A DNA stretch of 40,693 nucleotides from Thermoplasmata archaeon (GTDB lineage: Archaea; Thermoplasmatota; Thermoplasmata; Lutacidiplasmatales; UBA184): positions 1-40,693 of the forward strand of contig JASIBA010000040.1 in NCBI GenBank assembly GCA_030041735.1. Reading direction: 5' to 3'. A model generated the notes under the pieces. The model worked only from the letters and a program-made list of their open reading frames with translations, did no database searches and was not told where the DNA came from. This document shows positions 8,824-17,709 of the stretch, in pieces (position 1 is the stretch's first letter; every line of letters starts with the position of its first letter). The position numbers and the translations under genes are program-made.

Positions 8824-8897
8824 CGCCCGTCGAGATCGCGGGGTACGTCCTGCGCATCATCCTCGGCGCGAGCTTCCTCTGGTACGGCTACTTCGAC

Positions 8898-9209
8898 GTG
8901 CGGCCGAGCCCCGCGCGGAAGGACGAGTTCCGCCGATGGGGGTTTCGCCCGTACGTCCAGCCGGCCGGAGGGGTCCTCCAGCTGATCGCGGTCGCGCTCC
9001 TGATCCCGACCGAGACGGTCGCCTACGGGGCCGGGCTGCTCCTCGGCATGATGATCTTCTCCCTCTACGTCCACACGGCGATCGACTACCAGCCCCGCCA
9101 GCTGCCGTCGCCCGTGCTGCTCGCCGTGCTCGCGGTCGTCACGGCGTTCCTCTACGGGGGGGCGGCTGCGGGGCCCGTGGGGGAGGTCTTCCGGGCGTGG
9201 TTCGGCTGA
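8898..9209 (+). CDS. DoxX-family membrane protein (called from the first canonical start; the true N-terminus is probably near 8820)
   Basis: It has hydrophobic helices. The in-frame upstream 75 nt encode TPVEIAGYVLRIILGASFLWYGYFD, which looks like the conserved DoxX first helix but has no ATG/GTG/TTG. Confidence 0.6.
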   Translation: MRPSPARKDEFRRWGFRPYVQPAGGVLQLIAVALLIPTETVAYGAGLLLGMMIFSLYVHTAIDYQPRQLPSPVLLAVLAVVTAFLYGGAAAGPVGEVFRAWFG

Positions 9210-9300
9210 CGGCGCGCGACCCGGCGGGATCCGTTGAGTTCGACGCGTCCCCGGGCCCGCCCGCGGGAACGGGGTCGAGGCGGCGCTCCGGAGGCAGCTT

Positions 9301-10761
9301 GTGGGTTCGACCCTGAGCCCCGGGACCGCTCCGTTGGGCGGGGTCCCCCACCGCGCGGCGGTCGTCTCCGTCCTGGCCCTGGTCTGCGCGGCGCAGTTCG
9401 TGCTGCAGCTCGACTTCAGCATCGTCAACGTCGCGCTGCCGACCATCCAGCGCGAGCTCGGGTTCGCCCCGGCCGAGCTGCAGTGGATCGTCACCGGCTA
9501 CGCGCTCACGTTCGGCTCGCTGCTGCTCCTCGGAGGGCGGATCGGCGACCTCCTCGGCCGCCGCCGCCTGCTCGCGATCGGCCTGGTCGTCTTCGGGCTC
9601 GCGTCGCTCGCGGCCGGCCTCTCGATCTCGGCGGGGATGCTCATCGGAGCCCGACTGGTGCAGGGCGGCGCCGCGGCGATGGTCTCGCCCTCCGCGCTCG
9701 CGCTGCTGGCCGCCGGGACCGCCGAGGGGCCGGCGCGGAACCGGGCCCTGAGCCTCTTCCAGGCCGCGACCGCCGCGGGGGCCTCGGCGGGCGTGCTCGC
9801 CGGCGGCGTCCTCGTCAGCCTCGTGGGCTGGCGCTCGATCTTTTTCGTGAACGTGCCGATCGTGGCCGTGCTGCTCGTGCTGGTCCCGGGCACGATCCCC
9901 CGCGACGCGACCGCCGGGCACCCGAAGCTGGACCTGGTGGGGGCCGCCCTGGTGACCGGGAGCGGCGCTGCGCTGATCTTCGGGCTGAGCCACGGGGAGG
10001 AGAGCGGGTTCGGCAGCCTCCCGACCCTGCTCGCGATCGCGGGCGCGGCGGTCCTCGCGGTGGCCTTCGTGCTCGTCGAGCGGCGGGTGGCCGCGCCGAT
10101 GCTGCCGTTTTCCTACTTCCGGAACGCCACGCACCGGGCGGCGGTCGGGGCGATGGTGCTCGTCGGCGCCGTCATCGTGTCGTACGTCTACTTCGTCTCG
10201 CTCTACCTGCAGCGGGTCCTCGGGTTCACCCCGCTGCTCACCGGGCTCGCGCTGATCCCGTCGACCGCGACGATCGTGCTCATGACCACGCTCGTGACCC
10301 GACGCGTGATCGATCGGCTCGGCGTCAAGCGCGTCCTCCTGCTCGGGCTGGGACTCATCGCGGCGGGCCAGCTGTGGCTCGCGACCGTCCACGCGGGCGG
10401 ATCGTACCTCGACAACGTGCTCCCGGGCCAGATCGTGGCGTCCGTCGGGATGGCCCTCGCCCTCCCCACGGCCGCGATCGGCGCGACGAGCGGGATGGCC
10501 GCGTCCGAGCAGGGGCTCGCGAGCGGCCTCCTGAACACGGCGCAGCAGATGGGCGCGGCGGTGGGCCTGGCCGTGCTGGCGACCATCGCCGCCGCGCGCA
10601 CCGCCCAGACCTCCTCGCTCTCGGCCGGCTACTCGCTCGCCTTCGTCGTCGCGACGGGGCTCGCGCTGGTCGCGGTGATCGGGGTCGCCCACCGCCTCAA
10701 CCACGCGGCCTGCCAGGCCGAGCTCGCGCGGCAGCGAGCCGCCGGGCTCACGTCGCGCTGA
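9301..10761 (+). CDS. MFS transporter, DHA2/EmrB-like (14-TMS type) drug:H+ antiporter
   Basis: QLDFSIVNVALPTIQRELGF...LQWIVTGYALTFGSLLLLGGRIGDLLGRRR is a DHA2-family signature. Confidence 0.85.
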   Translation: MGSTLSPGTAPLGGVPHRAAVVSVLALVCAAQFVLQLDFSIVNVALPTIQRELGFAPAELQWIVTGYALTFGSLLLLGGRIGDLLGRRRLLAIGLVVFGLASLAAGLSISAGMLIGARLVQGGAAAMVSPSALALLAAGTAEGPARNRALSLFQAATAAGASAGVLAGGVLVSLVGWRSIFFVNVPIVAVLLVLVPGTIPRDATAGHPKLDLVGAALVTGSGAALIFGLSHGEESGFGSLPTLLAIAGAAVLAVAFVLVERRVAAPMLPFSYFRNATHRAAVGAMVLVGAVIVSYVYFVSLYLQRVLGFTPLLTGLALIPSTATIVLMTTLVTRRVIDRLGVKRVLLLGLGLIAAGQLWLATVHAGGSYLDNVLPGQIVASVGMALALPTAAIGATSGMAASEQGLASGLLNTAQQMGAAVGLAVLATIAAARTAQTSSLSAGYSLAFVVATGLALVAVIGVAHRLNHAACQAELARQRAAGLTSR

Positions 10762-10787
10762 GCGGCCGAGGGCCGGTCCGGCGCGGG

Positions 10788-11348
10788 CTACTTCGAGCCC
10801 TTCTCCGCCGCCCGCAGGGCTGCGACCATCGGGGCGAAGTCCGGGTAGCCGTCGTACCGGACCCCGTTGATGAAGAAGGTCGGGGTGCCGTTGACGCCGC
10901 TGCGCACCCCGCTCGCGAAGTCCTCCTCGATCCGCGCGGCGTAGGCGCGCGCGGCGACCTCGCGGGCGATCCGGGCGGCGTCCAGTTTCAGCCGGGTCTC
11001 CTCGCGGGCGAAGAGCGCCTCGTCGCCGAGCGAGCGCTGGTTCTCGTAGAGGAGGTCGTGCATCTCCCAGAACTTCCCTTGGGCGGCGGCTGCCTCGGCC
11101 GTCTCCGCGGCCCATTCGGCCATCGGGTGGGCGTTGGTGATCGGGAAGTTCCGGAAGACGAAGCGGAGCCGGTGGCCAAACTCCTTCTGGACCCGCTTGA
11201 CGATCGGGTAGGCCGCGCCGCAGTAGGGGCACTGGTAGTCCCCGTACTGCACGAGGACGAGGGGTGCGTCGGCCGGCCCGTCCGAGTGGTCCCGCTCGCC
11301 GACGGGGAGCGTGAGGTGCGGGGGTTCGTACGATCGCGCCATGGTCAC
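10788..11348 (-). CDS. DsbA-family thiol:disulfide oxidoreductase
   Basis: YGDYQCPYCG carries the CPYC active site, and GVNGTPTFFING is present. No signal peptide is evident. Confidence 0.85.
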   Translation of the reverse strand: MTMARSYEPPHLTLPVGERDHSDGPADAPLVLVQYGDYQCPYCGAAYPIVKRVQKEFGHRLRFVFRNFPITNAHPMAEWAAETAEAAAAQGKFWEMHDLLYENQRSLGDEALFAREETRLKLDAARIAREVAARAYAARIEEDFASGVRSGVNGTPTFFINGVRYDGYPDFAPMVAALRAAEKGSK

Positions 11349-11349
11349 C

Positions 11350-11862
11350 TCACTCGAGGGCCTCCAACGCCGCGAGGATGCCGTCCGCGCCCGGGTTGAC
11401 GCCCTCGGGCGAGAGGTAGCTCCAGCGGATGACGCCCTTCTTGTCGATCACGAAGAGCGCGCGCGCGGACTCGCCGGCCCGAACGTCGAACGCGCCGTAC
11501 TGCCGCGAGACCTCGCCCTTCGGCTCGAAGTCGGCGAGGAGCGGGAAGTTCAGCTTCCGGTCCTTGGAGAACGCGAGGTGCGACCAGATCCCGTCCACGG
11601 AGATCCCCAGCACCTCGGCCTCGAACTTCTTGAACTCGGGCATCACCTGGGCATAGAGGCCCATCTGGTCGGAGCAGACGGGGCTCCAGTCGGCTGGATA
11701 GAAGGCGAGGACGACCGGCTTCCCGGCGAACTCCCGGAGGGAGACCGTCTGGTCCGGCGTGCTCTTCAGCGTGAAGTTCGGCGCGTGCACCCCCGGACCG
11801 AGCAACGGGGACTTGGCAGTCGCGGTTTTCGCCATTGCGGCGGAACGGGCGAAGTGGGGCAT
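11350..11862 (-). CDS. Peroxiredoxin (AhpC/TSA, Bcp-like)
   Basis: FAGKPVVLAFYPADWSPVCSDQ carries the peroxidatic Cys motif. An alternative start lies at 11835 (MAKTATAK). It ends 2 nt before the DsbA-like gene. Confidence 0.85.
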   Translation of the reverse strand: MPHFARSAAMAKTATAKSPLLGPGVHAPNFTLKSTPDQTVSLREFAGKPVVLAFYPADWSPVCSDQMGLYAQVMPEFKKFEAEVLGISVDGIWSHLAFSKDRKLNFPLLADFEPKGEVSRQYGAFDVRAGESARALFVIDKKGVIRWSYLSPEGVNPGADGILAALEALE

Positions 11863-11929
11863 AAGGATTCCAGCACCCCGGAGGCGCCGGCGCTCCGCGC
11901 GGTCGGACTACCCTCGTCCCGGGGAGCTT

Positions 11930-11967
11930 ATACGGCCGCGCCGTATCCCATCCCCCCCGAGGGGATA
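11930..11967. promoter_or_regulatory. Two overlapping palindromes plus a TATA-like element; candidate CsoR/RcnR-type operator abutting the start codon
   Basis: ATACGGC-CGC-GCCGTAT lies at 11930-11946, with CTTATAC just upstream. TATCCC-ATCCCCCCCGAG-GGGATA lies at 11944-11967 and contains a C7 tract. Its right arm overlaps the first base (A at 11967) of the ATG at 11967-11969. Confidence 0.5.
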
Positions 11968-12230
11968 TGGTCGAGGACGAGCGGCACGCGATCGAGGCCC
12001 GGCTGGCGCGGATCGAGGGGCACATCCACGGCGTCCACCGCATGGCGCACGAGGGCCGCCCGTACCCCGAGCTGGTGCACCAGATCACGGCCGTGCGCTC
12101 CGCGCTCGACTCCGTCCTGCAGGCGATCGTGGAGGACCTCGTCTCCGAGTGCGTCGCCACCGCCTCGAACAGGGGCAAGGTGACGAGCCTCGTCGAGGAG
12201 CTCCGCGAGGTCGTGGCGAGCGCGCTCTGA
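11967..12230 (+). CDS. CsoR/RcnR/FrmR (DUF156) family repressor-like protein
   Basis: RLARIEGHIHGVHRMAHEGRPYPELVHQITAVRSALDSVLQAIVEDLVSECV follows the family template (L.RI.GQ..G..RM.....YC.D...Q..A...AL......L...L..CV), and the protein is 87 aa. Confidence 0.8.
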   Translation: MVEDERHAIEARLARIEGHIHGVHRMAHEGRPYPELVHQITAVRSALDSVLQAIVEDLVSECVATASNRGKVTSLVEELREVVASAL

Positions 12231-12258
12231 CGGGCCTGCGAGGCCGACGACCGGGACC

Positions 12259-13182
12259 ATGCCCGAGCTCCACCACGGCGAAGGGGAGGCCGAGCAGCGC
12301 GTGCTGCGCGGGCTCCGCCTTGGCGTCGGGCTCTCGGCCGTCATCCTTGCCCTCGAGGCGGTCGGCGCCTACTTCTCGCACTCGCTCTCCCTGACGGTCG
12401 ACGCGGTCCACAACGTCCCCGACCTCCTCGCCTTCGGGATCTCCTGGTTCGCGCTCCGCGAGACGCGGGCCGGCTCGACCTCGGAGTTCACCTTCGGCAA
12501 GCACCGGCTCGAGGTGTTCGCCGGACTGTTCAACGGCCTCCTGATCCTCGCGGTCGGTCTCGTCTTCGGATACGAGGCCCTGGACGCGCTCCTCCGCGCG
12601 GTGCCGTTCGCCGGCCCGGTCGACGCCGTCTGGCTGCTCGCGGCCGCCGTGCCCACGCTGCTGCTGCGCGCGGTCAACCTGCGCGTGCTCGGGCGCCTCC
12701 CCGGTCGCGTCCGGGACCTGAACCTCCGCTCGGTGATCGTGCACCTCGCGAGCGACGTCGCGATCACGGTCGCGCTCCTGGCCGCGGGCGTGACCCTGCT
12801 GCTGCGCCCCGCGCTCGTCTGGACCGATGCGCTCGCGGCGATCGCCATCGCCGCGATCCTGGTCTACGAGAGCCTGCCGCTGCTGCGCGGGGGCTGGGAG
12901 GTCCTCACCGAGCGAACCCCCCACGGGCTCTCCGTCGCCTCGATCACCGAGGCCGCGCAGTCGGAGCGTGGCGTGACGGGGGTCCACGATGTCCACGTCT
13001 GGGCGGTCTGCGACACGCTGGTCTGCCTGACCGCGCACGTCGGGGTCGAGGAGATGACGATGGCCGAGGGGATGGACGTGATCCGGCGCCTGCGCGAGCG
13101 GATGGAGCGGGAGTTCGGGATCGTCCACGCCACGTTCGAGATCGAGGCCGCGCCGCGAGGCGCCGCGGCGCCCTCCCGATAA
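12259..13182 (+). CDS. Cation diffusion facilitator (CDF) divalent-metal efflux transporter
   Basis: SLSLTVDAVHNVPDLLA (TM2 HxxxD-like site), HLASDV (TM5) and a C-terminal GVTGVHDVHVWAV...AHV cytoplasmic domain are all present. Confidence 0.85.
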   Translation: MPELHHGEGEAEQRVLRGLRLGVGLSAVILALEAVGAYFSHSLSLTVDAVHNVPDLLAFGISWFALRETRAGSTSEFTFGKHRLEVFAGLFNGLLILAVGLVFGYEALDALLRAVPFAGPVDAVWLLAAAVPTLLLRAVNLRVLGRLPGRVRDLNLRSVIVHLASDVAITVALLAAGVTLLLRPALVWTDALAAIAIAAILVYESLPLLRGGWEVLTERTPHGLSVASITEAAQSERGVTGVHDVHVWAVCDTLVCLTAHVGVEEMTMAEGMDVIRRLRERMEREFGIVHATFEIEAAPRGAAAPSR

Positions 13183-13208
13183 ATAGTTCCTCGGGCGCTG
13201 GCTCCGCG

Positions 13209-13685
13209 ATGATCCGGCTCGAGCCGATGGCCGAGGCCCGCTTTCGCGAGTTCTGGGAGGCGACGATCGCCCGCTACGCCGACGAGAACGTGGCCGCGGG
13301 TCGGTGGGAGCAGCCGGGCGCCCTCGCGAGGTCCCGGGCGGAGCACGAGCGGCTCCTCCCAAAGGGCCTCGCCACCCCGGACGAGTACCTGCGCGACATC
13401 CTCGACGCGGCCTCCGGCGAGCGCGTGGGCGAGGTGTGGTACTCGCACCGGAGCGAGGACGGCCCGAAGCAGATCTGGATCTTCTGGCTCGGGATCGATC
13501 CGACGCATCGGCGGCACGGGTATGCCGAGGCCGCCCTCGCGGCCGTCGAGGGCGAGGCGCGACGGCTCGGGAGCGACCGGGTCGGGTTGCACGTGTTTGC
13601 GGCCAACACCGGGGCGCGGGCGCTCTACGAGAAGGTCGGGTTCGTGACCACGAACCTCGTCATGTGGAAGGAGGCTCGGCGGTAG
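13209..13685 (+). CDS. GNAT-family N-acetyltransferase
   Basis: IWIFWLGIDPTHRRHGYAEAALAAVEGEARRLGSDRVGLHVFAANTGARALYEKVGF contains the R-x-x-G-x-A acetyl-CoA motif. Confidence 0.8.
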   Translation: MIRLEPMAEARFREFWEATIARYADENVAAGRWEQPGALARSRAEHERLLPKGLATPDEYLRDILDAASGERVGEVWYSHRSEDGPKQIWIFWLGIDPTHRRHGYAEAALAAVEGEARRLGSDRVGLHVFAANTGARALYEKVGFVTTNLVMWKEARR

Positions 13686-13727
13686 CCCGAGCGCAGCCTC
13701 TTAGGCCGGGATCCCCCTCGGGGCGGC

Positions 13728-14195
13728 ATGGCCGGCCTCGACCTGGGAGACCTCCTGACCCTGGTGCAGACGATCGCGATCATCGTGGCGCTCCTGACCA
13801 CGCTCTACTTCTCACGTCGGCAGGTCCAGGCGTTCGCGGTGGATCTAGAGACGCGCGCGCTGAACGACATCGACGACAAGTTCCAGCGCTTGACCGAGCT
13901 CTTTGCCGAGCGTCCGCAGCTCGTGGACGTCATCGCGAAGGGCGAGGGGCGGGGCGCGGAGGAGCCCGTCGCCTACTACATCCTGTCCTTCTGCGCGCAC
14001 ATCTTTCGCCTGAGGAGCCGCGGCATCCTCGGCGACAACGAGTGGACGGGCTGGCGCGCGTGGATGCAGAACGCGTTCCGGCTGGGGTCGATCGGGCGTC
14101 TCTGGAAGGCGGAGCAGATCGGGCGCTGGTTCGACCCGGCGTTCCGGTCGTTCGTGGAGCGCGAGCTGCTCCCGGTCGCCCCCGCGGCCTCGTAG
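13728..14195 (+). CDS. Hypothetical protein with an N-terminal membrane anchor
   Basis: High GC3 with natural codon usage. It has the N-terminal TM LLTLVQTIAIIVALLTTLYF. I recognise no family. Confidence 0.55.
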   Translation: MAGLDLGDLLTLVQTIAIIVALLTTLYFSRRQVQAFAVDLETRALNDIDDKFQRLTELFAERPQLVDVIAKGEGRGAEEPVAYYILSFCAHIFRLRSRGILGDNEWTGWRAWMQNAFRLGSIGRLWKAEQIGRWFDPAFRSFVERELLPVAPAAS

Positions 14196-14233
14196 GGATC
14201 CGGCTCGCCTCCGAGGCTCTATCAGGCCGGGGC

Positions 14234-15097
14234 GTGTGGCCCCGGCGGGGTCCGGGCCGCGCGCTCGGGACCCCGGAGCGGATCCCCACGAGAGGCGCGG
14301 CGTTCCGCGTGCGCCCGGGCGCGCGCGTCCGGCTCGACCGGAGCGACCCGGACGACACGCGCGCGGTCCACGGATCGAAGCGGCGGGCGGAGGCGGAGAG
14401 CGACCGGCTGGCGCGCCGGCTGAAGCACCTCCAGGAGCTCCTCTACGCCGACCACCGGCGCTCGGTGCTGATCGTGCTGACCGCGATCGACGCGGGCGGG
14501 AAGGACGGCACGGTCCAGCACGTGTTCGAGGGCGTGAACCCGCAGGGGGTCGCCGTCGCGCACTTCCGGGTGCCGACCGCCGAGGAAGCCGCCCACGACT
14601 TCCTCTGGCGGATCCATCCGCACACGCCCGCGAAGGGCGGGATCGCGATCTTCAACCGCAGCCACTACGAGGACGTCTTCGTCCCGCGCGTGCAGGGGCT
14701 CGTGCCGCGCCACGTCTGGCACCGCCGCTACCGCATGATCAACGAGTTCGAGCGCACCCTGGTCCTCGAGGGAACGACCGTGCTCAAGTTCTTCCTCCAC
14801 ATCAGCGAGGACGAGCAGAAGGCTCGGCTCCGCGCGCGACTGCGCGATCCGACCAAGCACTGGAAGTTCAGCGCGGACGACGTGCCGACCCGGCGTCTCT
14901 GGCCGGAGTACCAGGAGGCGTTCGAGGAGATGCTCACCCGCACCAGCACGCGCTGGGCCCCGTGGTACCTCGTGCCGGCGAACAAGAAGTGGTTCCGGGA
15001 CTGGGTCGTCTCGACCGTCCTGGTCGAGACGCTCGAGGCGATGGACCTCCGCTGGCCGGCGCTCCCGGCCGCCTGGAAAGGGGTGGAGATCCGATGA
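14234..15097 (+). CDS. ppk2: Polyphosphate kinase 2 (PPK2) family, polyphosphate:nucleotide phosphotransferase
   Basis: VLIVLTAIDAGGKDGT is the Walker A, and FNRSHYEDV and ...KHWKFSADD...WAPWYLVPANKKWFRDW are present. The GTG start at 14234 was chosen as the first start after the upstream stop. The remainder of the 597-aa track ORF is read-through of other genes. Confidence 0.85.
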   Translation: MWPRRGPGRALGTPERIPTRGAAFRVRPGARVRLDRSDPDDTRAVHGSKRRAEAESDRLARRLKHLQELLYADHRRSVLIVLTAIDAGGKDGTVQHVFEGVNPQGVAVAHFRVPTAEEAAHDFLWRIHPHTPAKGGIAIFNRSHYEDVFVPRVQGLVPRHVWHRRYRMINEFERTLVLEGTTVLKFFLHISEDEQKARLRARLRDPTKHWKFSADDVPTRRLWPEYQEAFEEMLTRTSTRWAPWYLVPANKKWFRDWVVSTVLVETLEAMDLRWPALPAAWKGVEIR

Positions 15098-15134
15098 CCG
15101 GCCACGCCCCGCCCGATCCCGCACGGACGTCCCC

Positions 15135-16382
15135 GTGACCGGGTCCGCGGGCTCGCCCGCGCCCCGTGAGCTGCCCCCGCCGCGGGTCCGGGGCCCGTTC
15201 CGATGGGCGGCGTACGCGCTCGCGGTCACGGCCTTCGGCGCGGGGGTTCCGACCCCGCTCTACGCGCTCTACGAGGCCAAGTTCAGCTTCGGGGAAGCCG
15301 ACGTCGGGCTCGTCTTCGCCGCGTACACGATCGGCGTCGTCGCGACGACCTTCCTCGTCGCGCCGCGATCCGACCAGCTGGGGTGCCGGCCGGTCCTGAT
15401 GATCGGGATGATGCTCACCGCCGCGAGCGGGGCCGTCTTCCTCGTCGCGGACGGCGTGCTCGTCCTCGCGCTCGCGCGCGTCGTCTCGGGGCTCGCGGTC
15501 GGCGCGACGACGAGCACGGCGACGGCCGCGATGGCCCGCCTCGAACCGAACGGCGACCAGCACCACGTCGCGCGCGTGTCGGTCGCGGCGAACTTCGGCG
15601 GCGTCGCGTCGGGGGTGCTCGCGAGCGGCCTCCTCGCCCAATTCGCGCCCCTCCCGACGGTCCTGCCGTTCCTGGTCCTGATCGGTCTCAGCGTCGTGGG
15701 GCTCGGTGCGGCGCGCGCCCTGCCCGAGACGTTCGTCCCGAGCGCCGGTCCCCGGCGCCTCGAGCCGGAGCCGATCCGGATCCCCCGCTCGATCCGGAGC
15801 GCGTTCGGGATCGCGTGCCTCGCGCTCGCGTCCTGCTACTCGATCTACGGGTTCTTCGGCGCGCTGGCTCCGACGTTCGTCCGCGTCGGGCTCGGATACG
15901 GCGGGGCCGCCGCGACCGGGCTCGTGGTCGCGACGATGTTCGGGAGCGCGGCGATCGCGCAGCTGTTCCTCTCGGAGGTCCGGGACCGCCGCGCGCTCCT
16001 CCTGGGCTTCCCGTTCCTGGTGGTCGCGCTCTCGGTGTTCGCGCTCGCGATCCTGGTCGCGTCCCTGCCGCTCCTCGTGCTCGCGGCCGTGCTGCTCGGC
16101 GCCGCGATCGGCTGCGCCTACATGGGCGCCGTGACCCTCATCGATCGGGTCGCGCCGGATCGCTGGCGCGGGGAGATCCTGGCCGGGTTCTATCTGAGCG
16201 GCTACCTCGCGCTCGCCGTCCCGACCATCGGGGTCGCGTTCGCGGGCCAGGCGATCGGCCTCGGGCTCGCGGCCGCCGCGTTCGGGATCACGCTGGTCGG
16301 CTTCGCGCTGCTCGGCCTGATCTGGACCGCGCGGACCCCCACGCCCCCCGGCGGGGAAGGTCGGCCGCGGGCGGCGGCGTGA
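15135..16382 (+). CDS. MFS transporter (paralogue of 7492-8823)
   Basis: GVPTPLYALYEAKFSFGEADVGLVFAAYTIG here compares with GLPTPLYVIYQHEWGFSPAILTVIFAAYAAG in the other copy. It has about 12 TM helices. Confidence 0.85.
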   Translation: MTGSAGSPAPRELPPPRVRGPFRWAAYALAVTAFGAGVPTPLYALYEAKFSFGEADVGLVFAAYTIGVVATTFLVAPRSDQLGCRPVLMIGMMLTAASGAVFLVADGVLVLALARVVSGLAVGATTSTATAAMARLEPNGDQHHVARVSVAANFGGVASGVLASGLLAQFAPLPTVLPFLVLIGLSVVGLGAARALPETFVPSAGPRRLEPEPIRIPRSIRSAFGIACLALASCYSIYGFFGALAPTFVRVGLGYGGAAATGLVVATMFGSAAIAQLFLSEVRDRRALLLGFPFLVVALSVFALAILVASLPLLVLAAVLLGAAIGCAYMGAVTLIDRVAPDRWRGEILAGFYLSGYLALAVPTIGVAFAGQAIGLGLAAAAFGITLVGFALLGLIWTARTPTPPGGEGRPRAAA

Positions 16383-16397
16383 CCTCCCGCGTCTCCC

Positions 16398-16859
16398 TCA
16401 GACGGGCTTCTCGAAGTGCAGGAAGACGTCGTCGCGGACCCAGCCTTCGGCGGCGTAGAGGCGCTGCGCCGGATTGTCCTTCGCGGTCTCGAGGCTGACG
16501 AAGGCGGCCCCGGACTCCCGCGCGAACGTAACGGCCCGTCGCAGGAGCGCGGCGCCCACGCCGCGCGCGCGGTGCTCGGGCACCACGTAGAGGTCGTTCA
16601 GGATCCATCCGGGCTTCAAGCGCTCGGAGGAGAACACCGGGTAGAGCAGGGTGAAGCCGATCGCCACGCCGCCGGCTTCGGCGAGGAAGACCACGGCTTC
16701 CTCTGCGGCGAGCCGGTCGTCGAGGAACCGCCGCTCCGCGGCCGGGTCCGTCCGTTGGCGGTAGAACTCCCGGTAGGCGCCGAACAGCGGGACGAGGCGG
16801 TCGACGTCGGGGGGCGAGGCCCGGCGGATCGCCACCGGCTCGTCCGCCCCGGGGCTCAT
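16398..16859 (-). CDS. GNAT-family N-acetyltransferase
   Basis: LYVVPEHRARGVGAALLRRAVTFARESGAAFVSLETAKDNPAQRLYAAEGW is present. Its start overlaps the SDR stop in an ATGA. Confidence 0.8.
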   Translation of the reverse strand: MSPGADEPVAIRRASPPDVDRLVPLFGAYREFYRQRTDPAAERRFLDDRLAAEEAVVFLAEAGGVAIGFTLLYPVFSSERLKPGWILNDLYVVPEHRARGVGAALLRRAVTFARESGAAFVSLETAKDNPAQRLYAAEGWVRDDVFLHFEKPV

Positions 16860-17626
16860 CCGTGCCCGCCCAGCTCGGCCCCGCCGGTCGAGGCGCCGCC
16901 GTCGACGGTCAGGAGCGCGCCCGTCACCCAGCGGCTCTCGTCCGAGACGAAGTAGCGGATCGCGCGGGCGATCTCCCAGGGGCTCGTGGGCAGCCGGTCC
17001 GTGAGCGGCACCGCGCCCCCCGCCCCGGTCGGGTCCTTGCTCTCGGCCCGCCCCGCGATCGAGCCGGGCAGTACGGCGTTGAACCGGATCCCGAGCGGCC
17101 GGTAGTCGCGAGCGAGCTTGGGGACGAGGTCGACCAGCCCGCCCTTCGCGGCGCAGTAGGAGGCGCTGCCCGACCACCGGACCGCGAGCGCGGCCGAGAT
17201 CAGCACGATGCTTCCGTGCCGGCGGTCGACCATCCCCGGCAGTACGGCGTGCCCGAGCTGGTAGACCGCATCGAGATTGTCCCGGATCCCGGCCGACCAC
17301 TCCGCGGGCGACATCCGATGGAGCAACGTCTCGCCGGGGACCCAGTGCCCGACGTGGATCGATACGGCATCGATGGCTCCGACCTCCGCCTCCACGGACC
17401 GGACCAGGCGCTCGGCGTCCTGGGCGTCGGTCACGTCGGCGACGCGCCCCTCCGCCGACCCCCCACCCGCACGGGCGTGCTCGACGGCGGCGGCGAACCC
17501 GTCCGGCTTCCGGGCGACCGCGACCACGCGGGCCCCTTCGGACGCGAGCAGCTCCACGGTCGCGGTCCCGAGCCCGCTCCCGACTCCGGCGATGAGCACG
17601 ACCTTCCCGTGCAACGATCCGGCCAT
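16856..17626 (-). CDS. SDR-family oxidoreductase
   Basis: GKVVLIAGVGSGLGTATV is a TGxxxGxG-like motif, and YCAAKGG is the YxxxK motif. Confidence 0.85.
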   Translation of the reverse strand: MAGSLHGKVVLIAGVGSGLGTATVELLASEGARVVAVARKPDGFAAAVEHARAGGGSAEGRVADVTDAQDAERLVRSVEAEVGAIDAVSIHVGHWVPGETLLHRMSPAEWSAGIRDNLDAVYQLGHAVLPGMVDRRHGSIVLISAALAVRWSGSASYCAAKGGLVDLVPKLARDYRPLGIRFNAVLPGSIAGRAESKDPTGAGGAVPLTDRLPTSPWEIARAIRYFVSDESRWVTGALLTVDGGASTGGAELGGHG

Positions 17627-17709
17627 GGTCGCGGGACGGCCTTCCCGTTCATCCCTCTGTCGTCGGGGCGACCGCTCCGGGTCAAGTAGGGCGCCGAGCT
17701 CCTCGGAGC

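Noticed and set aside
13304-14233. The N-terminal 310 aa of the 597-aa plus-strand ORF that ends as PPK2.
   Set aside because: This part overlaps the GNAT gene (13209-13685) and the hypothetical gene (13728-14195) in a different frame and is Arg/Gly/Pro-rich. PPK2 similarity begins only near 14290, so the start was set at the GTG at 14234.
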